Shown here: in pieces, positions 42,727-52,951 of the stretch
Layout of the letters: the number at the start of each line of letters is the position of its first letter
Numbering within the stretch: the stretch's first letter is position 1
From: Sedimentisphaerales bacterium
GTDB lineage: Bacteria > Planctomycetota > Phycisphaerae > Sedimentisphaerales > Anaerobacaceae
DNA: 64,000 bases
Direction: 5' to 3'
NCBI GenBank assembly: GCA_963708075.1
Contig: OY970194.1
Coordinates: 2,080,001 to 2,144,000, forward strand
Notes under the pieces: model-generated
What the model saw: only the letters and a program-made list of their open reading frames with translations
Databases searched by the model: none
What the model was told of the DNA's origin: nothing
Made by a program: the position numbers and the translations under genes

Positions 42727-44289
42727 TCATTCCGGAATGGTGTCGCCGGCCAGTTCATTCAGATAATTCTCGACGTTGGTGTACCCGTTTGGCCCAACGG
42801 CTGCTCCGTCACGGGCATCGTCGGGATCGAGGCCGTGCGCTTTCTCCCAATCATCGGGCATCCCGTCATGATCCGAGTCAGCAGGAGGTGAAGGTGCCCC
42901 ACTTGCCAGATCAGGCCATGGCCCGGTGGTGGTAACACGGTAGGTGCCGGTCTTGTCGCGCACGCTCCTGATAATACGCTGATCAATGGCGTCGCGCGAA
43001 GGCTTGCATGCGCCCACGGAGGCCAGCACTTTGTCTAACAGGTCGGAAACGGGGTCCAAAGTAATCGAAGGTGTCGAAAACGGCTTGGCGGCGCCGTACT
43101 GCGCCTCGTCCACCAGATGTGTGCTGCCGTCGTGGTTAAGCTCGTAATAGTCCCACGTGTTGACGCCGTGTCCGATCCAGTCGTTCGCGCAGCCGGTCGG
43201 GCAGCGAGGCCCCCAGTTGCCGGCTAAGTACAACCTGGTTCCACCCTCCTTGGCGGGCGAGCCGTCGATGCGCACCGGGCCGCCGTTGCCCACGTTGAGA
43301 TAGGGGTATCCGCTTTCCGGTCCGGCCAGCCAGAGGTTGTTGACCACGTTGCCAAAGGCCGAAGTGTTGAGGGCGAACTGCCCGAAGACCGAGGCGTTGT
43401 TCCCGTTCCAGTTGTAGATGATGTTGTTCCGAAAATCGAACACGTCCGCGTGCTGCATCAACGGGGTTCGCGAGCCCAGGTTCGCGTACAAATTGTGGTG
43501 TAGGGTGACGTTTTTCGGGGCGACGCTGCCGCCGATATGACTGCCCATGTCCGCCTCGGCAATGATGTTCCACTGGAATGTCGCTCGATCCAGATAGGAG
43601 CCGTACCAATCCAGTTGCGTGTCCGAACCCCAGGAGACAGAGCAATGATCGACTATGACATCGTGGACGCCGGGTTCAGCCGTTCCGTAGAACAGGATGT
43701 TGTTGCCGGCGTCGTGCTTCATGTTGCCGCCCATGCGAACGCGCAGGTGGCGCAGAATGATGTCATGGGCGCCGTTGACGCACCAAACGCCCCAATCGCC
43801 GTCGGGCTGTCCCGTCCCCTTGATTTGCACACCGCCCGGGGAGGTTTGCCCGGCGACGGTGAGATAGGGCGTGCTCACCCTGATCGCGTCTTTCAATGTG
43901 ATCGTTCCACTCACTCGAAACACGCAAATGCGCGGTCCCGAAGCCTCCATCGCGCTGCGCAGGCTTCCCTCCCCCGCATCATTGAGATTGGTCACTTCGA
44001 TGACTCTTCCGCCGCGGCCGCCCACGGCATTGGCGCCAAACCCCTCGGCGGTCGGGAAAGCCCTTACGGGCAGTGCCGCCGCCACGGCCCCTGCGAAGAT
44101 CAAGGAGCAGAGCGCAGCGACAGGAACGAAAGGACCAACACACCTGAGCGATAGCAGGCGTTGCCAGGTGACCGCCAGTACTTCCCTTAGCGGAATGCGT
44201 AAGTATTGCCAACCGTTCATTCCCAGTTGCTGCGCTAAACACTTCTCGGTCATGGCTGAGATTGCGATCAAAAGCCGTCTGTTCTCCAT
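42727..44289 (-). CDS. Pectate lyase-like (PL1-type) beta-helix protein
   Basis: AFPTAEGFGANAVGGRGG, VTNLND.G.GSLR, IVDHCSVSW, HHNLYA..RTP, DSDHDGMPDDWE. True start uncertain. Confidence 0.85.
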   Translation of the reverse strand: MENRRLLIAISAMTEKCLAQQLGMNGWQYLRIPLREVLAVTWQRLLSLRCVGPFVPVAALCSLIFAGAVAAALPVRAFPTAEGFGANAVGGRGGRVIEVTNLNDAGEGSLRSAMEASGPRICVFRVSGTITLKDAIRVSTPYLTVAGQTSPGGVQIKGTGQPDGDWGVWCVNGAHDIILRHLRVRMGGNMKHDAGNNILFYGTAEPGVHDVIVDHCSVSWGSDTQLDWYGSYLDRATFQWNIIAEADMGSHIGGSVAPKNVTLHHNLYANLGSRTPLMQHADVFDFRNNIIYNWNGNNASVFGQFALNTSAFGNVVNNLWLAGPESGYPYLNVGNGGPVRIDGSPAKEGGTRLYLAGNWGPRCPTGCANDWIGHGVNTWDYYELNHDGSTHLVDEAQYGAAKPFSTPSITLDPVSDLLDKVLASVGACKPSRDAIDQRIIRSVRDKTGTYRVTTTGPWPDLASGAPSPPADSDHDGMPDDWEKAHGLDPDDARDGAAVGPNGYTNVENYLNELAGDTIPE

Positions 44290-44311
44290 AGGAGTTTTCT
44301 CCTCTCTTCAC

Positions 44312-45985
44312 TCACTTATCCACCGGCTGCAGAAGAAGAACCCAGTCGCCCTTGGCCGGCGGCGAGAGGCGACTTGTGCCCTTGTTCTCGATGCGACCGG
44401 CAATCGTGGTGTATTCACCATGCACCGGATCGAACCAGCGGCCCTTCAGAGGTACGGGGAAGGCGGATACATCAATCTCGATGGCCTCATTGTTCGGCAA
44501 ATAGGCCACTGCAAGATCCGCTGCGGCGGTCTTCGCCAACACCATGCGGCGAGTCACGTCATCGGGTTGGTTGCGGACCAATTCGTGTGCCGGCTCCAAA
44601 CGCCACCATTCGATGGCGGCCAGAAAGTCGTGCAGGTACTGCATCTGGAAGGCGCTGTCCCACTGGAGCGCCTTTTTCCAATAGTCGTATTTCTCCGCAT
44701 CGGTCACCCATTTCCACACGGCGCCGCTGCCCTGCGGGACCTTGGGCGGCATATCGCCGGCACCGTAGGTATAGCCACAGGCACCCGATAGCCAACTCCG
44801 CCACCCCAGGGAGCGAGCATCGATCGCCCGCCATCCATTCTCGCCGTGGGCATCATACATGGCCTCCAGGTTGATGACGGGCTTGTGTGGCTCGTGACGG
44901 TAGAGATACAAGACCCACTCGATCGCGTGATGAGCACACCAGTCAAGATGCCCCGCATTGTGTCCGGTCTGCACGGCGGCGATATCCAGGTAGGACTCGT
45001 CGTAGTACTTGTCCGAAATCGTCGGTGTGGGCTGGTTCCAGGGTGTGCCAGGGTGCTGGGTGATCAGATGGACTATCGTGGCCTCGCGAGCGGCGCGGCC
45101 CACTTCGTTGGCCAAAGGCATGAACTCGCTGTCGAAACTCGGCGAGAAGATGACGAAGTTGCCAAACAGCCGTGCGACGATGTTCCGGGCGAACAGGCAA
45201 GCCTTGTCCGTCTCGGGATAGCGTCGGACGGGTTCCATCAAGCCGACCAGCAGCACAACCAGACCCGCCTCGTTGGCGCGTTGAATCTTCTGTTCGAAGG
45301 ACTGCCAGTAAGCGGGGTTCCACTGGGAGCATGCTTTATCAGTGAACGGCCTTTCACCTCGCCGGTCGGACGGGCCCGCCCACTCGGGCGCGGGCGCCAC
45401 CTGGATGAGCGTGAAATGTTTGGCCGTGCGGTCGGTGATGTAGGCCGCCCATTCCTCGTCGGTGGCCCTCTGCGGGACCGCCCAGGCGGTGTCTCCCATC
45501 CACAGGAATGGGGCGCCATCGTCGTGAATCAGGTAGCGGCGGTTCTCGCTCACCTTCAGAAAGCCATGCCGATAGAGCAGGCCGTCGCCCCGATATGGGG
45601 AAACCTCCACCGTCCCACGCTGCCTGTGCAGCCCTGTATTGGCGGCGTCAGAGCACTCCGTCTCCCATCGCCATGTTCCAGGCGACGGGAATGCGCAACG
45701 GATCCGGAAGATATCCCCGCCGTCCCAGAAGCCGCAGGCTTGGAGCGTATGGCCCGCGGGTCCGGTGTAGATCACTCGCAGAGTCACTTCGGCGTAGGGG
45801 TTCGCGTAGTTGCGCGTGCTGGTCAAGGCGTGTTCCCACCGCTGCCAGGTCTGCACGCGCGGGACCGCAGTGCCCGCACCGGCATCATCAGCGGAACCGC
45901 TGCGGGAAGAGATGTCCACATAAGAAGCGGCGGCGCGGGCACCCCCAGCCAGAAACAGAAGCAATATGGTAAGCCAGCTTCTCAT
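44312..45985 (-). CDS. DUF5060 + DUF4038 (apiosidase/GH140-like) protein with collagen-binding-like C-terminal domain
   Basis: GFWDGG, PFLWMGDTAW, QTGH, KPVINLEAMY, GYTYGA, RWFDP..DWVLLL. Confidence 0.85.
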   Translation of the reverse strand: MRSWLTILLLFLAGGARAAASYVDISSRSGSADDAGAGTAVPRVQTWQRWEHALTSTRNYANPYAEVTLRVIYTGPAGHTLQACGFWDGGDIFRIRCAFPSPGTWRWETECSDAANTGLHRQRGTVEVSPYRGDGLLYRHGFLKVSENRRYLIHDDGAPFLWMGDTAWAVPQRATDEEWAAYITDRTAKHFTLIQVAPAPEWAGPSDRRGERPFTDKACSQWNPAYWQSFEQKIQRANEAGLVVLLVGLMEPVRRYPETDKACLFARNIVARLFGNFVIFSPSFDSEFMPLANEVGRAAREATIVHLITQHPGTPWNQPTPTISDKYYDESYLDIAAVQTGHNAGHLDWCAHHAIEWVLYLYRHEPHKPVINLEAMYDAHGENGWRAIDARSLGWRSWLSGACGYTYGAGDMPPKVPQGSGAVWKWVTDAEKYDYWKKALQWDSAFQMQYLHDFLAAIEWWRLEPAHELVRNQPDDVTRRMVLAKTAAADLAVAYLPNNEAIEIDVSAFPVPLKGRWFDPVHGEYTTIAGRIENKGTSRLSPPAKGDWVLLLQPVDK

Positions 45986-46001
45986 GTCGAGCACGGGCAA
46001 G

Positions 46002-47384
46002 TCAATTTCTCTGGTACACCCTGATCACGTCGCACTCATAATAGCTCGGGAACGGAGTCGTCGCGTCGCACTGTCCCGGCCAGCCCGCGTCGATCCCGAA
46101 ATTGATCAGCAGGTACATCGGCTCGCTGACGATCACCCGGGCGTCGGTGAACCGCGACCTCTCTATGCCGTCGATGTACCACACGATCTTGTCCGGTTCC
46201 CACAGCAGCCCGTATGTGTGAAATTCCTTGCTATACGAAAAACTGTCCTCGGTCCAGTGCCTGCCGTGGGACTTGTGCCCCTGGTCGTCCCAGTGATAGG
46301 TCATGTAGATCTGCGGGTCGTCCTTGATCGTCTCGAAGATGTCGATCTCCGGGGGCCAGTGCTGCGGATACGGCAGCATCCAGAACGCCGGCCAGAATCC
46401 CTTGCCCGTCGGAATCCGGAACCGCCCTTCGAAATACCCGTATTTCTGCGAAAACTTGCCATAGCTCGTGATTACCGCCGAGGTGTACTTCTTGCCGTGC
46501 GAAGGTTTGTCCTCCACCTTCAGCCGCAGCAGGCCTTTTTCGACAAGGACATTGGCCGGATCGCAATAGGCGTTGTAGTTGTGCGTCTGACCCCATTCGT
46601 AGCTGGGGATCCACTTCGAGGAATCCAGTTTGTCACCGTCAAAGGTATCCTCGAAGACAAGCGTCCAGTTGCCCTCCACGGGCGGCACTGAAACAGGCTT
46701 CGTCGCCTTGGAAAACAACTCCTTCGGCAACTCGTCCCGATTGGCCACCGCTGGATCGCTGAGCATCTCTTTGACGTTCTGATTCGTCGCCAGGCTCCAT
46801 TTCGCATTCCAGCACATGAAGTAGCAGGTCTTCGGAAAATACTTCTTCACGCCTTCAATGAATCGCCGATAGTCATAATCGCCCGGTGGATTGCTCGAAC
46901 CATGCGGGCCATATTCCGAGAATCCGAAGGGCTTGTTCAGCGCGACGATCTCGTCATAACCCTGGATATGCTCGGGGTCGAGGAAGTCCGTATAGGCATC
47001 CAGCCCCAGCATGTCCACATACTCATCTCCCGCATAATAGGCGGCGGTCTTTTCGCCCTTGTTCGGCCCATAGACCCAGATCAGATTATCCAGCTTCTTG
47101 GTCGTTATGCTTCCCCGTCGAAAGTCGGCATAGTCGGCCCCCAGCAACGCAGGCCACTGGCCCGTCGATTCGTGTATCTGCTCCATGATCCTGAGGTTCG
47201 AACCGTTGCCGAAATTCGTGAACTGCCCGGAAACGATCCGGTTGTCGGTCTTGTCCGAGAGCGAATAGAAGTATTCCAGCACCGCCTTGACCTGCGGATT
47301 CGACTTGCGGTTGGCCGGTTCGACGGCCCATGCCGAAGATACGCACACCGCCGCAAAGATCCAACTCGTCACGACTCGTCTCAT
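46002..47384 (-). CDS. GH26 (internally deleted) - GH16 fusion, exported
   Basis: GH26 N-terminus (IVSGQ..GADY) abuts LDNLIWVY..GLDAY..FGFSEYG with no RPxHE region. GH16 GFWPAFWM, WPPEIDIFE. AAGGGAG RBS. Confidence 0.8.
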   Translation of the reverse strand: MRRVVTSWIFAAVCVSSAWAVEPANRKSNPQVKAVLEYFYSLSDKTDNRIVSGQFTNFGNGSNLRIMEQIHESTGQWPALLGADYADFRRGSITTKKLDNLIWVYGPNKGEKTAAYYAGDEYVDMLGLDAYTDFLDPEHIQGYDEIVALNKPFGFSEYGPHGSSNPPGDYDYRRFIEGVKKYFPKTCYFMCWNAKWSLATNQNVKEMLSDPAVANRDELPKELFSKATKPVSVPPVEGNWTLVFEDTFDGDKLDSSKWIPSYEWGQTHNYNAYCDPANVLVEKGLLRLKVEDKPSHGKKYTSAVITSYGKFSQKYGYFEGRFRIPTGKGFWPAFWMLPYPQHWPPEIDIFETIKDDPQIYMTYHWDDQGHKSHGRHWTEDSFSYSKEFHTYGLLWEPDKIVWYIDGIERSRFTDARVIVSEPMYLLINFGIDAGWPGQCDATTPFPSYYECDVIRVYQRN

Positions 47385-47434
47385 GGAGTCTCCCTTCATC
47401 CGAAACTCGGTTTCGACACAGATGATTCCAATCT

Positions 47435-47782
47435 TCACGGAGCCGGATAAGCAACATCCGGTATCGCACTGTCGCCCCGGCGCCACCAGATGTGGCTTCG
47501 TGAATACTCGTCTTCCCAAGTTACCAGGGCGCTCGAATGGAAGCCCGGCCAGTTGGAATGGCGGTCTCCCTGAATCTCCCAGGTCAGCCAGCAGTATGTC
47601 GCCGACCCCCCTTCCGGTTCTTCGGGGCCGTCCACCGGCCGGCGATCGGGGCCCCGCATGCAGACAAGGTCCGCCGCACCGTTGCGCAGGAGTTCGTCGC
47701 GCACTTCGAGAGCCGAGAGAGGGAGGCCCGAAATGAATACGACTGCAACGGCAAGAAGAGCTAGGATGTTCGTTGTGCCCAT
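47435..47782 (-). CDS. Small exported hypothetical protein or 5' gene remnant
   Basis: Signal-peptide-like N-terminus directly behind a consensus promoter; remainder unrecognised. Confidence 0.35.
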   Translation of the reverse strand: MGTTNILALLAVAVVFISGLPLSALEVRDELLRNGAADLVCMRGPDRRPVDGPEEPEGGSATYCWLTWEIQGDRHSNWPGFHSSALVTWEDEYSRSHIWWRRGDSAIPDVAYPAP

Positions 47783-47788
47783 CCGGCC

Positions 47789-47817
47789 AAATTAGAGAAC
47801 TCACCCAGAATTGTCAA
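47789..47817 (-). promoter_or_regulatory. Sigma70-type promoter, possibly for a leaderless transcript
   Basis: TTGACA-17 bp-TAATTT, 6 nt before the ATG at 47782. Confidence 0.5.
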
Positions 47818-47819
47818 GA

Positions 47820-48165
47820 GGTTACCAAAGCCAGTCCACCGCATGAGTATGAGCCATTCACCTGGTCGTCGCTGAAGCACGCCTCCAGGGTTCCCTTATT
47901 GCTCCCTGCCAGCCCGCCCGCGCCGGACTCTCCGTGCACGTTGCTGCGTGACCAGCACCGCAGCGTCCCGCTTTGACAGAGGCCGATCAGCCCGCCCACA
48001 GTGCCGGCCGCCTGAACTTCGGCGGCGGCGTAGCAGTCCGTGACCGAGCCGCCGCTGCGGCCGAGCAGTCCCCCGGTAGTTACCTCGCCGGAAACACGAG
48101 CCGTCGACGAGCAGCGGGACATCTGGCCCTGGAGGTTGCCGACCAATCCGCCCACCTGCCGCCAC
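47820..48165 (-). pseudogene. GLUG-motif repeat protein fragment
   Basis: VGGLVGN..TGGLLGRSGG..VGGLIG..AGGLAGSNKG..CGGL repeats without a proper N- or C-terminus. Confidence 0.7.
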
Positions 48166-48412
48166 GGATCCGCGTGCAAGCAGGACTGGGTTTCTCTGCT
48201 CTGGAACCTGAGGCCATGCCGGACTTCCCGGGCCACGATATCCCAAAGCAGACCCACACAGAGCCATGAAGGTGAGCATCGTATGAAAGGCGTTGAAATC
48301 ATGATATTATGGCGAGAATTATGATAATGACCTGCTGCCCGCCTTCGTTCCGCAATTTTCGATCATTCTAATGCCAAGCCGAGGACTTTGCAGGTGATTC
48401 TTCCAGCGAGAT

Positions 48413-48503
48413 GTTGGCCATCGTCGGTACCCGGCAGGGTGTGCCCTTGCGAGTCCTGGCTCCGCATCGAGGGGCATTCATCGGGTTACCCTGTTTGCCC
48501 CCG
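48413..48503 (-). pseudogene. HGGxSTG-domain protein remnant
   Basis: GNPMNAPRCGARTRKGTPCRVPTMAN, broken just before the expected GRCxxHGG. Confidence 0.6.
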
Positions 48504-48704
48504 CACGCCCGGTCTCTCGAAACAGTGACTGCCCCCCCCACCCCAACCGCTGGAGGGCCGGAGAAGCTGCCACCCGGCTCAGCGTCCAAAAACCTGCGAA
48601 GACACGTGGCCCGGGTGATGGCGGATTCTCCGTTGCCGACCGGCGGCCGCGGGCGTACAATCCGCATTGGTTCTAACCGATTCGGAGTCACTGGAGGTCG
48701 CACA

Positions 48705-50021
48705 ATGAAACCGGGAGTAGTTCATCCAACGCGACGGAGCTTTCTCAAGGCCATCCTGGTGGCGAAGGTCGCGCCCATTTTCGTACCCGCTCGCCTGCTG
48801 GGGGCGGGCCAGGCGGCGCCATCGAACAAGATCACCCTCGGTGTCATCGGCGTCGGAGCCCAGGGCCAGTACGATATGCGGAACTTCCTGGGTTACAGCG
48901 ACGTCCGTGTGACGGCCATCTGCGACGTGAACAAGCGGAACATCGACGCCGCACGTGGGCTCATCGCCAAGGCTTACGGCAGCCCTGACGGGAAGGTCTT
49001 TGCGGACTTCCGCGAGCTGAACGCGGACCGCTCCATCGACGCCGTGCTGATGGCCCTGCCGGTCCACTGGCACAGTATCGTCGCGCAAGACACCATTCTC
49101 CAAGGCAAGCACATTTACCACGAAAAACCGATGGGGATGTCATTCGAGGAGGCACGCCGGGTGCGTGCGGCTGTGCATAAGACGGGCGTGGTGTTTCAGT
49201 TCGGCACGCAGCAGCGGTCGGACCTGTACTTCCGCTGGGCATGCGAACTGGCTCTCAACGGCCGGTTAGGCAAGCTCAAGGAGATTCATGTGTCGGTCCC
49301 CGGCGGCAAGAAAGGTCCGCTGTTTCCCGAGCAGCCCGTGCCGGAATACGTGGACTGGGACCGCTGGGTCGGGCCGGCTCCGATGACGCCCTTTCATGAG
49401 GCCAAACTCCAGCGCGACAACCATGAGAACATCACGAACTTCTCGCTCGGCATGATCTCCTGCTGGGGCATTCACCACCTGGACATCGCCCAGTGGGGGA
49501 ACGGCGCGGATGGAACCGGTCCGCGTTTCGTGGAAGGCGAAGGCGAGCTTCCGAAGGAAGGGGCATTCAATGCGATTCTGCGATGGAAGGTCCGCTTCGA
49601 GTACGCCGGGGCAGCGCCGGTGACCTTCGTCAATGACGGCACGGAGGGCTTCCAGCATGGCGTCCGCTTCATCGGCGAGTCCGGCTGGGCTCATGTCACA
49701 CGCGGAGCCCTGAACCTCCACGATCCCAACGTCCTGCGGGATCCGCAGAACAAATGTGGCGCCATGCCGATCAAGCTGCGGGCCAGCCGCGACCACGCAC
49801 GTGATTTCATCGATGCGATCCACAACCGCACTCGAGCGATCTGCGATATCGACACCGCCGTGCGGTCCGACACACTCTGCCAGATCGCCCTGATTGCCGT
49901 CAAGCGGGCCCGTCGGCTCGAGTGGGATCCGCAGGCCGAGCGATTTGTCGACAACGATGAGGCCGACGCTCTGCTGCGCAGCAGGGCTTTTCGCCGTGGC
50001 TGGAGGTTGAAAGAGGTGTGA
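48705..50021 (+). CDS. Tat-exported Gfo/Idh/MocA oxidoreductase
   Basis: TRRSFLK, LGVIGVG, PVHWH, YHEKPM, GTQQRS, WGIHHLDIAQW; GGAGG RBS. Confidence 0.92.
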   Translation: MKPGVVHPTRRSFLKAILVAKVAPIFVPARLLGAGQAAPSNKITLGVIGVGAQGQYDMRNFLGYSDVRVTAICDVNKRNIDAARGLIAKAYGSPDGKVFADFRELNADRSIDAVLMALPVHWHSIVAQDTILQGKHIYHEKPMGMSFEEARRVRAAVHKTGVVFQFGTQQRSDLYFRWACELALNGRLGKLKEIHVSVPGGKKGPLFPEQPVPEYVDWDRWVGPAPMTPFHEAKLQRDNHENITNFSLGMISCWGIHHLDIAQWGNGADGTGPRFVEGEGELPKEGAFNAILRWKVRFEYAGAAPVTFVNDGTEGFQHGVRFIGESGWAHVTRGALNLHDPNVLRDPQNKCGAMPIKLRASRDHARDFIDAIHNRTRAICDIDTAVRSDTLCQIALIAVKRARRLEWDPQAERFVDNDEADALLRSRAFRRGWRLKEV

Positions 50022-50224
50022 GGGACAGTGTCTGTGAGAATAACCTGATAGTCGGGTGGCGGCGGCAAGCGGAGAGCAGCGGAGCCTGCCGATGGCGCTA
50101 CGCATCTGAGGAGCCATCGGCAAGCTGGCGCTTGCCGCTGCCACCCGGCACCGTGCCAGACTCTGCACATAAACGAGGAGCGGGGAGCAGTGGTAATCGA
50201 GTTGCTGAGGCAAAACACCGGACT

Positions 50225-51523
50225 ATGACAGTGAAACACCCATTTCACCGCTATTTGACTCTCTTGTTGTTACTCGTTCCAGCGTCATGGGTCCAGGCCC
50301 AGTGGCCCCAATTTCGGGGACCCTGGGGTAATGGCCTTGCCGCGTTGCCGGGCACGGAACCGCTTGGCCTGCCGATCCATTGGAGCGAGAAGGAAAACAT
50401 CCGATGGAAGACACCCATCCCCTACCGGGGCTGGTCCACTCCTGTCGTGATGGATGGGCAGGTGTGGCTGACGACCGCGACTCCCGACGGTCACGACTTC
50501 TTCGCTATTTGCGTCAATGCTGACTCCGGCCGGATACGCTTCCAGGAGAAGCTGTTTCACGCCGACCATCCCGAGCCCCTTGGCAATCCACTCAACTGCT
50601 ATGCGTCGCCTTCGCCGGTTGTCGAACCCGGCCGCGTGTACGTGCACTTCGGCAGCTATGGCACGGCAGCGCTGGATACAAAGACCTGCGAAGTGCTGTG
50701 GAGACGATCCGATCTGCCCTGTCGGCACTATCGCGGCCCGGGCTCTTCCCTCCTCTTGTTCGAGAACCTGCTCATCCTGACCATGGACGGCGTGGACGTC
50801 CAGTACCTCGTTGCGCTCGACAAGGAAACCGGCCGGACCGTCTGGAAGACCGAACGCACCGCACAGTGGGACGATCTGGACGCCGACGGCAAGCCAAAGG
50901 ACGAAGGAGATCTCCGCAAGGCATACTCCACGCCGCTGATTGTGACTGTCGGCGGAGACACGCAGATGCTCAGCGTGGGGGCCAAGGCCCTCTATGGCTA
51001 CGATCCCGCGAGCGGGCGCGAGCTCTGGAAGGTCTCCACGCCCGCTTTTTCCGGCGCCGCAAGCCCAGTCTATGGCCATGGGATCGCCTATATGATCACT
51101 GGATTCGGCAAGACGGAATTGCTCGCGATTCGCCTCGACGGTCGGGCAGATGTGACCGACGCAAACATCGCCTGGAGGACCGCACGCATGGTGCCGCAAA
51201 CGCCATCGCCGCTGCTTGTGGACGACTTGTTCTTCATGATCAATGACGCCGGGGTCGTCACGTGCCTGGAAGCCGCCTCCGGCAATCAGGTCTGGAGGGA
51301 GCGTCTCAAAGGGGACTTCGCCGCTTCATTGCTCTATGCGGATGGACACGTCTATTGCTTTAGCCGAGAAGGTGTGACGACGGTCCTCAAGGCGGCACGG
51401 GACTATGAAGTCCTGGCGACGAACGTACTCGATTCCGGTTTCATGGCCTCCCCGGCCGTTTCAGGACGAACGCTTTTCTTGAGAACAAAGGAAGCCCTCT
51501 ACAGGATCGAATCCAGCCAATAG
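50225..51523 (+). CDS. PQQ-binding-like beta-propeller protein, exported
   Basis: QWPQFRGP, WSTPVV, ALDKETGRTVWK, ASPAVSG..LFLRT. Confidence 0.9.
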   Translation: MTVKHPFHRYLTLLLLLVPASWVQAQWPQFRGPWGNGLAALPGTEPLGLPIHWSEKENIRWKTPIPYRGWSTPVVMDGQVWLTTATPDGHDFFAICVNADSGRIRFQEKLFHADHPEPLGNPLNCYASPSPVVEPGRVYVHFGSYGTAALDTKTCEVLWRRSDLPCRHYRGPGSSLLLFENLLILTMDGVDVQYLVALDKETGRTVWKTERTAQWDDLDADGKPKDEGDLRKAYSTPLIVTVGGDTQMLSVGAKALYGYDPASGRELWKVSTPAFSGAASPVYGHGIAYMITGFGKTELLAIRLDGRADVTDANIAWRTARMVPQTPSPLLVDDLFFMINDAGVVTCLEAASGNQVWRERLKGDFAASLLYADGHVYCFSREGVTTVLKAARDYEVLATNVLDSGFMASPAVSGRTLFLRTKEALYRIESSQ

Positions 51524-51843
51524 CACCGCGGGATAGGCTCAAAGCCCCTTTATCTCCTTGCGAGCCTGTAACGCGGCGGTGTATGACTCATTGAGCATAT
51601 GGGGAGGAGATCGGACCTCCTGGAGTAGCCGCCCACAGATACCGGCGACTGTCTGCGGGTGTGCTGTCCAGCTATGGGATGCGGTCTCGGTCCTTCACTT
51701 ACTCAGATAACGGGCCGGGCACCGCGTCTCGCAACGCACAGATCCGCCATAGAATCCCGGTGCCCGGCGCTTGCGCTGGTCCAACTCCACACGGCGTCGC
51801 CGGCTATACTCCCGTCAGGCCATGAGGCAATGGGTGACCGCGT

Positions 51844-52368
51844 CTACTTCATGGCCAGCTCCGCCGTATGGCGCGGGCCCGATGACCCATCCGTGACCAG
51901 GCCGGCGTTCTTCCTGAGGATGTAGAGCGCGACAGGAGGTAAAAGCCGCGTCTTCATCGCCTCAGAAGGGGCCATCCAGCCGGCCCAGATGATCTTGCGG
52001 CCATCGAACCATGTCCGAGGCGGACTCTCGACGCACATTTCCCAGATGTCCATGGTGTCAAGCCGCGACTCGAACCGAAGCGTCTTGTGCCAAACCAGCC
52101 ACAGCCCCCCGGCCGACAGATCAACACCCAGTCCATTGAGCAACTTCCGGCGTGCCGTCTTGTCCGACATCTCGCCCGGCTTGACGAAACCACCCGGCAA
52201 CGAGAGAGCAGACCGGGAACTTGTACGAACCAGCAGTATCTTGTCCGTGTACCACAGGGCAACGCCAGTGCTGTATGTGGCAGGCCGACATACAAACCAC
52301 CATGCCCGAGACATCAGGTATGCGAGCCGATACTTCAGACGCACCATCGAATCGAGTGAATACCGCAT
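51844..52368 (-). CDS. NUDIX-fold protein with degenerate Nudix box (possible pseudogene)
   Basis: ILLVR..SLPGGFVKPGE..TARRKLLNGLG; the canonical RELxEE glutamates are lost. Confidence 0.6.
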   Translation of the reverse strand: MRYSLDSMVRLKYRLAYLMSRAWWFVCRPATYSTGVALWYTDKILLVRTSSRSALSLPGGFVKPGEMSDKTARRKLLNGLGVDLSAGGLWLVWHKTLRFESRLDTMDIWEMCVESPPRTWFDGRKIIWAGWMAPSEAMKTRLLPPVALYILRKNAGLVTDGSSGPRHTAELAMK

Positions 52369-52839
52369 GTTTGTACCCGACAAAGCACCTCGAAATCGCG
52401 GTACGCCTGTCAGGCCGCACAGCAACATGCGGCCTGACAGGTGCAGGCACACACCGCCCGCTCTACGCTACGCTAAAGAGGCTGGATGCGTGTGGGTGCC
52501 GAAGCCGATGCAGCAAAAGGCAGATCATCCAACCGCAGAATCTTTCATGCCGTGTTGTTGTTTTCTTCGAGGCGTTCTCTGTGGGCCTGCTACTTCTATC
52601 TAGATTATGCTATTCCAGCGGCCACTCTCAAAGAACAATCATGTTCGATATTCGCACAGCACGATTCTCAATCATCCGGCTCCACGGTCCCGACCGGACT
52701 GAGATCGAAGAACAGGCCGGCGGCCCGTTGAGGGCCTCAGCAGACCCCAGAAGCAACGATCACCCCCGCAAGGGTCAACCGACCGAATTCAGGCCATAGG
52801 CGTCCCAGAAAATGGGCATTTGTCTCGTGGTGAATTTGG

Positions 52840-52925
52840 ATTTTACATCAGGGGTGTTATATTTTACATGAGGGCGGCAATCCGAAGTAAGGCTGTTCGG
52901 ATGGACCATCAGGGCGCGGTATAAT
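52840..52925 (+). promoter_or_regulatory. Tandem direct repeat (putative TF site) and TATAAT -10 box upstream of the STAS gene
   Basis: ATTTTACATCAGGG (52840) and ATTTTACATGAGGG (52861), 21-bp period; TATAAT at 52920. Confidence 0.5.
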
Positions 52926-52951
52926 GCCGCTCACTCGAATCAAGATGTCCC

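Noticed and set aside
42513..42758. 81-aa ORF containing ARALVQPGKVYWIY
   Set aside because: Possibly a glycosidase C-terminal remnant, but too short to support a call.
48411..48704. N-terminal extensions in the ORF track (oxidoreductase; also helicase 19327, PQQ 50018, DUF502 55273, AKR 58668, GH26 47804)
   Set aside because: Downstream starts have an RBS, signal peptide or domain boundary; the extensions look non-coding.
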